Source: Laetmonice hystrix (lineage: Eukaryota). From it: a DNA stretch of 64,000 bases. Location of the stretch: NCBI GenBank assembly GCA_965235115.1, contig OZ249436.1, positions 5,334,001 through 5,398,000 on the forward strand. Reading direction: 5' to 3'. Under the pieces are notes generated by a model that did no database searches, was not told the origin of the DNA, and saw nothing but the letters and a program-made list of their open reading frames with translations. This document shows, piece by piece, positions 52,064 to 64,000 of the stretch. The first letter of the stretch is position 1. Every line of letters starts with the position of its first letter. Position numbers and translations under genes: made by a program.

Positions 52064-54139
52064 CTCTCCACTAAGCCGATATCTGAAGCGATAACAGGGG
52101 CGAAAAAGTTCGCTTCTAGATCGCCTTAGTGGAGATGGTTCTCGGTTGAGGTTCGCCCGGTCGCCTGAAAATCGGTTGAAGATCGCTTCGCCAACCGATA
52201 ACATTAAACTGCAAAACCCGTCTCCACTAAGCCGAAATCTGAAACGATAACAGGAGCGAAAAAGTTCGCTTCTAGATCGCCTGCATGAGCCGAACTTCGC
52301 CTTAGTGGAGATGGTTCTCGGTTGAGCATCGCCCGGTCGCCTGAAGGTCGGTTCACGATCGCTCCGCCAACCGATAACATTAAACTTGTTTAATGTTCTC
52401 GGTTCTGAATCGGCTGATCGGCGCGTTCGCTTCAGTTTCCACTAGGCCTAGTCTTCTCAGCTAAGTGGTGTGTGCAAGGACCTGTAGGTGTCGCGAAAAG
52501 TATGTCACGTGACACAATTCTTCTTTCGGCAATACAAAATATGACCGCGTGACAAGATGGTTCGAACAGCAAGTAATGTGCAAGGAAAGACGATCATTAC
52601 CGAATATGGAAAGCGTAAAAAAAATATTCGAAATCGAACTGCAGCATCTGTAGCACATAAAAAAGGAAGAGATGGACCATCAGAGCGGAACCATCAAGGG
52701 AGGGGCCCGATGTCAGTCCAGATTGTGCAGTGGCGTACAGGTCTACGGGGTAGCGCCGACAATAGTTGTGAAGTACAACTCCAGCGAGGATCACTTTATC
52801 CACATTTCTTGATATCATTTCGATTTCGCGCCGAAAAATACTGAATTTTGTTGGACCATTCATTATAATCATGGAATGTGGATTGGCGCCAGATCTGACC
52901 CCCCCCCCCCCCCCCATCAATGGCTCTTCCCTCCCCGCCAACATCGACGAAGATAAATAAGATTTTAGATTTTAAATAAATTTTGCTCATAAATACTTTG
53001 ATCCAATTCATGGGGCCATGCAAAATAACAGCACAATTATAAGAGTGAGTATTCCCATATTTTATTAACTTACTGTCCTTGGTAGGTATATGCAAAATAC
53101 AAGACAACAGGTTCATCCTGGGAATATTGTTTCTGTACGAGTGGTGCCAAAATGGCGTTTTGGCCAATTTTTACCTAAAATATTTAGCTGTGCAACAGGG
53201 TTTTCCCCCATTTGAAAAGGCATATTTTCTTTAATTCTTTATAGATCTTCACAAAACTTTCAGGGAATGCTTACAGGCCATATTCCTATATATAATCATA
53301 GTCCAAAATGGTTCATTTATGCTAAAAATTCCTAGTTCTTTGACCTTAAGCATAGTGATATCCGACTTTTTGGAGGAGATGGATATTTCTGAAAGTTTAA
53401 AGTGCTCTAAAAAAAGTTAGTTTTCAATATTTTTATTTCAAATTTGGCACACGAATAGTCTATGGGGAGTTCTTTTAAGAAAATATATTACAAGTTTCGA
53501 ACTTGGATTAGATTTTTAATGAAGTCCTATCAAAAATGGCAAAAAATGAAAAATATGGTATCAGGCCCCACATATGAAAAATTGTCACACAAAAGGGATT
53601 GAGAGCACAGTCTCCAAACTTTTTTCAAATAATAAGGACATACATATGTACAGTTTACAAAAAAATCAGTAATGTGCTAGCTTTCCTTCCAGTCTTTAAT
53701 GTATCATGAATACAGCCATTCTTTTTGACATTCGCAGGTGGGTCATTCCATGTTGAACCAATGGCAAAAAAGTTGATGTCTCCGAATTTCTTGAAATTGT
53801 AACCACATATTTGACAGCCATATTTGGCCACCTCTGCAAAATTGCAGCTGGATAACCCCAGAGTAGTTCCCAGGGGACGCGGCTATTGGGTACACCGATA
53901 ACGATAAACGATAATGTTCGCGGCGGGCAGTGGAGACGCCTTTCGGTTCAGTATCGTTCGTTCGCTTCGCCAAGCGATTTCTATCTTTCCGATTTATCGG
54001 ATGATCGCCTTAGTGGAGCAGGCAGTGGAGACGCCTTTCGGTTCAATATCGTTCGTTCGCTTCACCCAAGCGATTTCCATCCGATGACAGCAAAGATCGG
54101 CTTGTCGCTTTATCGGATGATCGCCTTAGTGGAGAGCCT
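52064..54139 (-). mobile_element. Decayed PIF/Harbinger DNA transposon
   Basis: Inverted ends CTCTCCACTAAG(C/G)CGAT...ATCGCCTTAGTGGAGAG, with duplicated subterminal blocks at both ends and an internal transposase remnant. Confidence 0.65.
52750..52850 (-). pseudogene. Harbinger (DDE_Tnp_4/HARBI1-like) transposase C-terminal fragment
   Basis: KFSIFRREIEMISRNVDKVILAGVVLHNYCRR resembles the RFxIxxxxI...VxxIIxACxxLHNF motif of Harbinger transposases. Confidence 0.7.
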
Positions 54140-54400
54140 ACATTACATACACACAGGGCCTACTGCTAGCGCTCCCTGTCCTCTCTCCCTTTCCCGTAGA
54201 CTATGTATAGGCTTTATCTATAGCAGAAGGGTGACAGATCTGATATATTGAATTTGACAGTGAGTAGTTTATAGTGTTGTATGCCACTGTAATTTCAAAG
54301 AGTGAAATATGCCATCAATCATTCAGTGCAGATTTCGCGAGCAGCCGAACCTCTAGTAGACTCATCCCCGCCGGCAGTATAGTACATGTACCAGACGACA

Positions 54401-54533
54401 ATGCCATCTTACAAACTTACCTACTTCAACTCGCGAGGGTCGGCTGAAACTGCACGCATGATCATGGCGTGTGGGGGTATACAGTATGACGACAACCGTT
54501 TGAACAGAGAACAGTGGCTCGCCATGAAACCAA
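54401..54533 (+). CDS. Sigma GST coding exon 1
   Basis: ATG at 54401, donor GTAAGC at 54534. Confidence 0.93.
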
Positions 54534-57500
54534 GTAAGCTACGTATCGCATTTATTTATTTGTTTTTTAGTTAGTTTGCTTATTTATTGACTTATTTATT
54601 TATGTAATTTCTGTATTATTTATTTATTATTTATTTATTTATTTTACGTTATTCACTTCCTCATAAAGTTTGTTGGTTAGTTAGATAGTTAATTAGCTAG
54701 TCAGTTAATTATTCCTTTTTATTATTTCTTTCCTTCTCAAAAAAAAGAGAGAATAAAAATACATGAATAAGGAATCGGTAACTATCAAACCATTAAGAAA
54801 ACAAAATTCACCTTATAGCATGGCTTCCTTTTGCAGACAGCCCATTCGGCCAACTGCCTGTGCTGGAAATTGACGGGAATATTATCAGTCAGAGCGATGC
54901 CATATCCCGCTACCTGGCGAAACAGTGTGGTGGGTGTATACCACATATTGACGGCAGCACCAGTTTACCTGTAGTCGTACTGGTATAGTATACTCCAGAC
55001 TGACTTTGATGGCAGCAGGATTACAAGTTGTGAAGGGGGGGCTGCGTCCCCACCTGTTTTGATTTAAGGCTGGCGTCATGTATTATGTATACGGTAATAT
55101 ATTACAACCGGCATTAATTATCCACTTATCAGATCATAATATCCGCGTAATATTATTTATACCTATACTTTTATAGCCCTATACCTTGAAGAAGATCAAT
55201 TACAGATGTAGGCCTATTGGACTTAACCTATATTTTCTACTTCCGAAATAAGAATTTCAACCCTAGACTATTATAGGTCTACACCTGCAACTAACACTCG
55301 TTTTTCCCTTTCTCTCTACTACTGTACATACTGCTTTATATGAGGGAGTACGATACATCTAGATACCAGTTTACATACTATGCTTTATATGAGGGAGTAC
55401 GATACATCTAGATACCAGTTTACATACTATACTTTATATGAGGGAGTACAATACATCTAGATACCAGTTTACATACTATACTTTATATGAGGGAGTACGA
55501 TACATCTAGATACCAGTTTACATACTATGCTTTATATGAGGGAGTACGATACATCTAGATACCAGTTTACATACTATACTTTAGCATGAGGGAGTACGAT
55601 ACATCTTGATACCAGTTTACATACTATACTTTATATGAGGGAGTACGATACATCTAGATACCAGTTTACATACTATATGCTTTATATGAGGGAGTACGAT
55701 ACATCTAGATACCAGTTTACATACTATGCTTTATATGAGGGAGTACGATACATCTAGATACCAGTTTACATACTATACTTTATATGAGGGAGTACGATAC
55801 ATCTAGATACCAGTTTACATACTATACTTTATATGAGGGAGTACGATACATCTAGATACCAGTTTACATACTATGCCTTATATGAGGGAGTACTATACAT
55901 CTAGATACCAGTTTACATACTATGCTTTATATGAGGGAGTACTATACATCTAGATACCAGTTTACATACTATGCTTTATATGAGGGAGTACTATACATCT
56001 AGATACCAGTTTACATACTATACTTTATATAAGGGAGTACGATACATCTAGATACCAGTTTACATACTATACTTTAGCATGAGGGAGTACGATACATCTA
56101 GATACCAGTTTACATACTATGCTTTATATGAGGGAGTACTATACATCTAGATACCAGTTTACATACTATGCTTTATATGAGGGAGTACTATACATCTAGA
56201 TACCAGTTTACATACTATACTTTATATGAGGGAGTACGATACATCTAGATACCAGTTTACATACTATACTTTATATGAGGGAGTACGATACATCTAGATA
56301 CCAGTTTACATACTATACTTTATATGAGGGAGTACGATACATCTAGATACCAGTTTACATACTATACTTTAGCATGAGGGAGTACGATACATCTAGATAC
56401 CAGTTTACATACTATGCTGTATATGAGGGAGTACGATACATCTAGATACCAGTTTACATACTATACTTTAGCATGAGGGAGTACGATACATCTAGATACC
56501 AGTTTACATACTATACTTTATATAAGGGAGTACGATACATCTAGATACCAGTTTACATACTATACTTTAGCATGAGGGAGTACGATACATCTAGATACCA
56601 GTTTACATACTATACTTTATATGAGGGAGTACGATACATCTAGATACCAGTTTACATACTATGCTTTAGCATGAGGGAGTACTATACATCTAGATACCAG
56701 TTTACATACTATGCTTTATATGAGGGAGTACTATACATCTAGATACCAGTTTACATACTATACTTTATATGAGGGAGTACGATACATCTAGATACCAGTT
56801 TACATACTATACTTTAGCATGAGGGAGTACGATACATCTAGATACCAGTTTACATACTATACTTTAGCATGAGGGAGTACTATACATCTAGATACCAGTT
56901 TACATACTATACTTTATATGAGGGAGTACGATACATCTAGATACCAGTTTACATACTATACTTTAGCATGAGGGAGTACTATACATCTAGATACCAGTTT
57001 ACATACTATACTTTATATGAGGGAGTACGATACATCTAGATACCAGTTTACATACTATACTTTATATGAGGGAGTACGATACATTTAGATACCAGTTTAC
57101 ATACTATACTTTATATGAGGGAGTACGATACATCTAGATACCAGTTTACATACTATACTTTATATGAGGGAGTACGATACATCTAGATACCAGTTTACAT
57201 ACTATACTTTATATGAGGGAGTACGATACATCTAGATACCAGTTTACATACTATGCTTTATATGAGGGAGTACGATACATCTAGATACCAGTTTACATAC
57301 TATGCTTTATATGAGGGAGTACGATACATCTAGATACCAGTTTACATACTATGCTTTATATGAGGGAGTACGATACATCTAGATACCAGTTTACATACTA
57401 TACTTTATATGAGGGAGTACGATACATCTAGATACCAGTTTACATACTATACTTTATATGAGGGAGTACGATACATCTAGATACCAGTTTACATACTATG

Positions 57501-60239
57501 CTTTATATGAGGGAGTACTATACATCTAGATACCAGTTTACATACTATACTTTAGCATGAGGGAGTACTATACATCTAGATACCAGTTTACATACTATGC
57601 TTTAGCATGAGGGAGTACTATACATCTAGATACAGGTTTACATACTATACTTTAGCATGAGGGAGTACGATACATCTAGATACCAGTTTACATACTATAC
57701 TTTAGCATGAGGGAGTACGATACATCTAGATACAGGTTTACATACTATACTTTAGCATGAGGGAGTACGATACATCTAGATACCAGTTTACATACTATAC
57801 TTTAGCATGAGGGAGTACGATACATCTAGATACAGGTTTACATACTATACTTTAGCATGAGGGAGTACGATACATCTAGATACCAGTTTACATACTATAC
57901 TTTAGCATGAGGGAGTACTATACATCTAGATACCAGTTTACATACTATACTTTAGCATGATGGAGTACGATACATCTAGATACCAGTTTACATACTATGC
58001 TTTATATGAGGGAGTACGATACATCTAGATACCAGTTTACATACTATACTTTATATGAGGGAGTACGATACATCTAGATACCAGTTTACATACTATACTT
58101 TATATGAGGGAGTACGATACATCTAGATACCAGTTTACATACTATGCTTTATATGAGGGAGTACGATACATCTAGATACCAGTTTACATACTATACTTTA
58201 GCATGAGGGAGTACGATACATCTAGATACCAGTTTACATACTATACTTTATATGAGGGAGTACGATACATCTAGATACCAGTTTACATACTATACTTTAT
58301 ATGAGGGAGTACGATACATCTAGATACCAGTTTACATACTATACTTTATATGAGGGAGTACGATACATCTAGATACCAGTTTACATACTATACTTTAGCA
58401 TGAGGGAGTACGATACATCTAGATACCAGTTTACATACTATACTTTATATGAGGGAGTACGATACATCTAGATACCAGTTTACATACTATACTTTATATG
58501 AGGGAGTACGATACATCTAGATACCAGTTTACATACTATGCTTTATATGAGGGAGTACGATACATCTAGATACCAGTTTACATACTATACTTTATATGAG
58601 GGAGTACGATACATCTAGATACCAGTTCACATACTATACTTTATATGAGGGAGTACGATACATCTAGATACCAGTTTACATACTATACTTTAGCATGAGG
58701 GAGTACTATACATCTAGATACCAGTTTACATACTATACTTTATATGAGGGAGTACGATACATCTAGATACCAGTTCACATACTATACTTTATATGAGGGA
58801 GTACGATACATCTAGATACCAGTTTACATACTATACTTTAGCATGAGGGAGTACTATACATCTAGATACCAGTTTATATAAACGCATTCAGAGTGACGCC
58901 TCTATATTCAAGGACTTGTTGGCAAGAATGACTACGAGACCGCGCGTGTAGATATGGTAGTGGACTGCATAAAGGACATCACAAAGCCTCTCTACGCCAT
59001 CTTTTCCGAGAAGGACGAGGCCAAGAAGGTATGCAGCCTATAGATCTATAGCAGGGAGCTCTTGATGACTTTAAATACAACCCGTATGTCTGACATTCTC
59101 ATAATGTTATGCAGTAGAATATTTAGGTCGATCCACATTTTTTGAGAACATTTTTTACCGCAACTTGTCTCCCCGCGAAGTTGCAGTCCTGTACGAACAA
59201 TTCATCTGCTGCCATCAGTTTCCAGCAGTAGGTCAGCAGTAGGTCAGCAGTAGGTCAGTAGTAGCAGCAGCAATGGTCCAGCTCGATCTTATGGTGTTGA
59301 GCAGGTTCTGTATACCAATTGCATGTACAAAATCTGATCATTTCTGGTTATGATCTGCAGGATGAAATACGCAAACAATGCCAGGAAGTGACACTACCGG
59401 ACATGTTGGGTCGGCTAGAAAAACTTCTCATCAGTAACAATAAAGGAGACGGATACTTTGTTGGCGATCAGGTGAGACCATCTTTTTTTAAACGGAGTGT
59501 ACAATCCTTCTGTTTATTCCGTCGGAAGCACAAATAAGAAGTCTATGCAATGGCATACCGTACTATATAGAAATAGTATTACAACACCAATTTACATAGA
59601 CGCCACATCGGGTTCCTCTGCCAGTAAAACTGACCACCTTGATATGACCTTGCCGGGTGCGAAGGCGTAAAATCTCACTCTAATCTGACTTGACATGACC
59701 TTGCCGGGTGCGAAGGCGTAAAATCTCACTCTAATCTGACTTGATATGACCTTGCCGGGTGCGAAGGCGTAAAATCTCACTCTAATCTGACTTGATATGA
59801 CCTTGCCGGGTGCGAAGGCGTAAAATCTCACTCTAATCTGACTTGATGTGACCTTGCCGGGTGCGAAGGCGTAAAACCTCATTCTAATCCAAAACATCGC
59901 GCCAAAACCAACTACATGAAAATGGACCGCCCCCTATACGCACATTTTATTAAATGGAATGTTGCAAAGGGCTACATGCATACGAGTATATGCCTATACA
60001 TTTACGGCTCTAGTATTATGTTGAATTATCACATGCCCTATGTACTTTTCCTATTCACATTGTTACAGATGACGTGGGCAGACATCAAGTTCGCGAACGA
60101 CATCATGGGATTGAAGCTACTTGGAATCACCATGGACTGGGAGGCGATCTGCCCTAAGTTATCAGCCCTCAAACAACGGGTAGAAAGCAATCCCAAACTG
60201 GCTGCTTGGATTCAATCCCGACCTCAGACAAACTACTGA
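54401..60239 (+). CDS. Sigma-class glutathione S-transferase (HPGDS/S-crystallin-related), 207 aa; join(54401..54533,54837..54929,58913..59028,59361..59471,60069..60239)
   Basis: GT-AG introns join in frame (133+93+116+111+171=624 nt): MPSYKLTYFNSRGSAETARM...[57 protein letters not shown]...GDGYFVGDQMTWADIKF...IQSRPQTNY. Catalytic Tyr8 and the PFGQLP, QS and TWAD motifs are present. Confidence 0.95.
54837..54929 (+). CDS. Sigma GST coding exon 2
   Basis: Acceptor TTTTGCAG, encodes [13 protein letters not shown]...[12 protein letters not shown], donor GTGGGT. Confidence 0.93.
55326..58875. repeat. 49/50-bp minisatellite (about 72 copies) in GST intron 2
   Basis: Unit ATGAGGGAGTAC(G/T)ATACATCTAGATACCAGTTTACATACTAT(A/G)CTTT(AT/AGC), period 49 (55340 to 55389). 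Confidence 0.97.
58913..59028 (+). CDS. Sigma GST coding exon 3
   Basis: Acceptor TTCAAG, encodes [18 protein letters not shown]...EKDEAKK, donor GTATGC. Confidence 0.9.
59361..59471 (+). CDS. Sigma GST coding exon 4
   Basis: Acceptor CTGCAG, encodes DEIRKQC...LEKLLISNNKGDGYFVGDQ, donor GTGAGA. Confidence 0.93.
59638..59889. repeat. 51-bp minisatellite (about 5 copies) in GST intron 4
   Basis: Unit CTTGATATGACCTTGCCGGGTGCGAAGGCGTAAAATCTCACTCTAATCTGA. Confidence 0.95.
60069..60239 (+). CDS. Sigma GST coding exon 5
   Basis: Acceptor TTACAG, encodes MTWADIKF...RPQTNY, stop TGA at 60237-60239. Confidence 0.93.
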   Translation: MTWADIKFANDIMGLKLLGITMDWEAICPKLSALKQRVESNPKLAAWIQSRPQTNY

Positions 60240-60813
60240 GACATCTCCGCAGTATGCCCGCTACACGAGGCTTGCTAACTCTGCCATACATATATGCGAT
60301 GGCAAGTCAACGTTATAAACGGTAGTCGATATAAATTAGTCTTGTTTTTTGCAATGGTTAACCGCTTCGTATTTAAGGTGGCATGTAAAGATATGAAAGA
60401 TATGATATGTTAAAGTTCTGGCTGACCATGTTGAGTAACTACCTCACACGCTCGACAATGCACGGGTATATAGTATATACTGCTCCTTCGAATCTCAGGA
60501 AAAGAATCGAAGTTTTTACACCCGCACCCCTCTCTACAGCATCGTTGTCTCCTGACGTTGATCAGTGCCCGTTTTGTTCAGTACAGCTACAGGGCCGTAC
60601 CTAGCCCCCCCCCCCCCCGCCAGGTAATCATGGTGAAAAGGTGTCCTTTTTACGAGCTGGTGCCCTTTTTAATTGCCCTTCTGAATCCCTGAGCTATGGC
60701 ACCGTTCTCATTACTTTATTTTTTCCTTTTTTTCGGTATGGATTTTTTTTACCGCGATATACTATCTTGCATGCCGTGCCTCTCTAGATGTGCCTTAGAC
60801 CCTTACATATTTG

Positions 60814-60819
60814 AATAAA
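60814..60819 (+). promoter_or_regulatory. Candidate polyadenylation signal for the GST gene
   Basis: AATAAA about 575 nt after the stop. Unverified. Confidence 0.35.
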
Positions 60820-63260
60820 GGTAATTTATAACATCCTTACTCGTCCCTGACACTTCTTGGGAACTAATGGGGCCCTTCCAGTAAATCCGACTGTCTGCTT
60901 GAAATCCTGCTGGCAATCCACAATTTCTCGATCCGACATCATGCAAAAACTTCTACTTACATGTACTTCTTATAGTCACACCGAACGGCATATATCTTCT
61001 ACTTTAGCCTTATTTTTGCCCAAGTTCAAGACATCTTCATGAAGGAAGAAAAATAAAGAAAGGATGATGCTTAGTAAAACTCCGCAGACACATTGCGCTA
61101 TTGCAATCACTTTTTTTATTACTATTCCGGTTCATTTCCTTGGTAGGTTAACAGGTACAGACATCATATTATACCATCGATCTGTAGAACGTATGTAAAA
61201 CATCTTTTCACATATCTATACAGTCACAGAACCAGTACGCGGCATCCAGGATAACAGTTCATTCTAACTGCCTACCCCCATGATGGGTTTTATGTATTCC
61301 TCTAATATACCAATTTAACATTTTCACTAAACACCAACTTGCCCTCAACCTTCCTAGTATTTTTAGCTTCTTCAGCTTATGTTTTCTCCTTTCTCACCCT
61401 GTTTACATGAGTGCCCGGAATTTCATAAACTCTCCTGAATGTAACTCATGTGCAAAGGTGACACTAAATTACCTGTGTCAATTAGTTGGGACATATTTCA
61501 ATTTTTTAATTACATAAAGACGCCACTGTGTCGTGGACAGAATATCCCATCGTTTACTCTGGAAATGGAATCTTTTATCTGATAAATTATACACAGTCCA
61601 TTCGTTCCATACGAGCCGTTACTATGGTTTTCTCACAGGACTGTGGTAGCGAGTTCCTGAAGGGAGCATGTTAAAATGTGGCCAAGCTACAACCACCTAC
61701 AGATAATGTTTACAGTCCTGATTATAACCTGACGGCTCCGAAAACACAACCATGATCAACCATTTCTTTCTTGTCAGGTAAAACAAAAATCTTGAACAAT
61801 GCGCTGGCCACCAGTAGCACCTGGCGCCACCTAGCGATTAGAGACATGACACTCACGCCAACCTCAGCCAGTGTGAGCTCACTGGTTTATTTATTCCATC
61901 CTTCTTGTACTTTTATAGTAATCTAAGAGAAAAATAGATTTCATACAAACGTAATAAATGCAGTCAATACAGAAATAGACTGAACCGCAAAACGTAAAAA
62001 TAGTATAAGTAAAAGATTTCTGGCCATCTGCCATGGATCTTTCAAATGTTAAACATTGCTGGTCTCTGTCCCCCTTGATTCGCTCCAGCTCAGAGCTATG
62101 TAAACTTTGATCACGGGATACTCTTCCAGGGAGACGTACCAATTAATATAAGGCAACGCTGGAAGCTAAGCATACATTTGTACAGCATATACTACCTTGG
62201 CAATTAAGTCGGAATTTGGGCCCGTACCTAATAATGTCGGGGCATCCCCAACCAACAACAAAACACACATACTTGTCGTGAGTCACATCATCTGTTAGTA
62301 TACCCCCACTCAGAGAGGTGTATATTTATACAGCCCCCGCCCCACTGGGGTCAATCTGCCATGACATGGATATTTATAATAGACAGTAACCCAACCGTGT
62401 GTTCTAAACGCTGGAGTCTTTAATCGGAGCATACTGGGACGCTGGGTTCACGTTGTGTTTGCCAAGATAGCCGTACGGTGGCGCCCCGGCATGACCTGAC
62501 TCACAATATTCCACTGCAGTAATAGGATGGTGTTATATTCTAAAGTATATTACACAGATAATAGTCCTTTGAATATGCGTATATTAGTTCGGTGCTTATC
62601 ACCATCCCTTTCACGACGTCCCATTAATGCCTCTACGCGGGAAATGGTTAAAGCTATGAAGCCATAATACTTCCATAACAGCCCCCACCCCCACCAAAAA
62701 TACATACAGCATATATCCTGATTCTAATGTCTGTAGTTAGCATAAAGCGAGAGTGAAATCACCCATTGCCGCCTGAGTTATCGTATACCGTCACCAGCCG
62801 GAGGGTTAGTAGTTATAGGATGTTAGCCTATCTAGGATCTCCATGACGGTGGAAGGTGAACTGACCAATGTCCTGTAAGTAAATATAACGCCAAACCAGG
62901 CTATGTCTTAGAATACTAGCGAGAATATTGCAAGCGGCCAGCACATAGGCCATAACGCCCTCTTAGAGAGCTCCCTGATGGCAGAGTTGTAATTCCGACA
63001 ATAATAAGAAAATAACGTTGCGGACACAAAGGTCAGATGATGTATACGAAAGTGAAAATATGCAGCATATATTCGAGTAAGGTCACGTTACATACACGTA
63101 CATGAAAGTGACAAAACCTTTCACATTCAGGAAACAATGCTGATAACGTTTTCAGCGCCAACCTTTATATCAAAGTGAACGAGGCCACTGTCCGCCCCTT
63201 GGGACAGTGCCGTCAGATATATAGCCTGACTCTAATCTTCATTTTGATATACTACTTAGT

Positions 63261-63560
63261 GACGTTGACGTTTAGCATCACATGAACCATTGCCCTGACA
63301 GACGTTGACGTTTAGCATCACATGAACCATTGCCCTGACAGCCACGGACGTTGACGTTTAGCATCACATGAACCATTGCCCTGACAGCCACGGACGTTGA
63401 CGTTTAGCATCACATGAACCATTGCCCTGACAGACGTTGACGTTTAGCATCACATGAACCATTGCCCTGACAAACGTTGACGTTTAGCATCACATGAACG
63501 CCCTGACAGCCACGGACGTTGACGTTTAGCATCACATGAACCATTGCCCTGACAGCCACG
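63261..63560. repeat. 40/46-bp minisatellite (about 7 copies)
   Basis: Unit GACGTTGACGTTTAGCATCACATGAACCATTGCCCTGACA with or without GCCACG. Confidence 0.93.
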
Positions 63561-64000
63561 GCTGCAGACTCTCCACTCAGTAATGTTATCGTCTCTATAC
63601 GATAGAAATGACCATACGCACTCTTATATCTATGTATACATACATAACGTACATACAGGCAGTGTACGCCTGACCCAGAGTACCATGTGTTCGGTGAGGG
63701 AATATAATGAACAAGTATGATCATCGTTACATTCACACTGTGTGCAGCTCTGTATACATGGATAAAATACTGATGATTTCACGTGATCTTCAAACATATA
63801 TACTGGCACAAAACGTCATCAAAACGTTCTGTTCGTAGATTATACCGTCTTTGAAACGTTTTCAAAACGGTCGTTGCTAGTTGGGACAGATCTGTGTACC
63901 GGCGATATACATGCAGCTAGATGAATACACAGAATTTGTTTAGGGTCACAGGATATAAAGAGTTAAAAAAATGTCCGGTGTCTGGATCTGTGGTCATGAT

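Noticed and set aside
55326..58875. CRISPR-like appearance of short regular repeats (also 59638-59889, 63261-63560 and the ~43-bp repeats at 47880-49290)
   Set aside because: No unique spacers, no cas genes, and a eukaryotic intron or intergenic context. These are minisatellites.
59592..59897. 101-aa ORF with 17-aa repeats on the minus strand
   Set aside because: By-product of a 51-bp minisatellite in GST intron 4.
61050..64000. Possible 3' UTR of a convergent minus-strand gene (AATAAA on the minus strand near 61100)
   Set aside because: No coding exon identified, so the signal alone is insufficient.

Overview
Repeat-rich animal (invertebrate-type) genomic DNA dominated by a rolling-circle transposon (Helentron/HINE) and satellite complex. 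(1) 1-2411, minus strand: an uninterrupted 803-codon reading frame that runs off the window and is missing from the ORF track. It encodes a herpes-tegument-like (peptidase C76-like) protease domain, a catalytically dead second copy and a charged RKEYMRQYMRKRR segment, resembling the N-terminus of invertebrate Helitron/Helentron polyproteins. (2) 16308-47810: about 31 copies of a ~850-bp macrosatellite with higher-order structure. It is broken twice at the same nucleotide of the monomer by an identical 61-bp HINE 5' end. In both cases a different second element sits at the same nucleotide inside that 5' end. The 28554-35029 insertion is a complete nested pair with matching sub-terminal repeats, 3' hairpin+CTAG ends and A|T targets without TSD. 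The target sites lie at end-like distances from copies of the element's own sub-TIR motif, which suggests motif-guided targeting. The left element may be the 5' end of a >16-kb autonomous Helentron carrying the ORF. (3) 54401-60239: an intact five-coding-exon sigma-class glutathione S-transferase with intronic minisatellites. Also present: several MITEs, a decayed PIF/Harbinger element and a 94-bp perfect palindrome.
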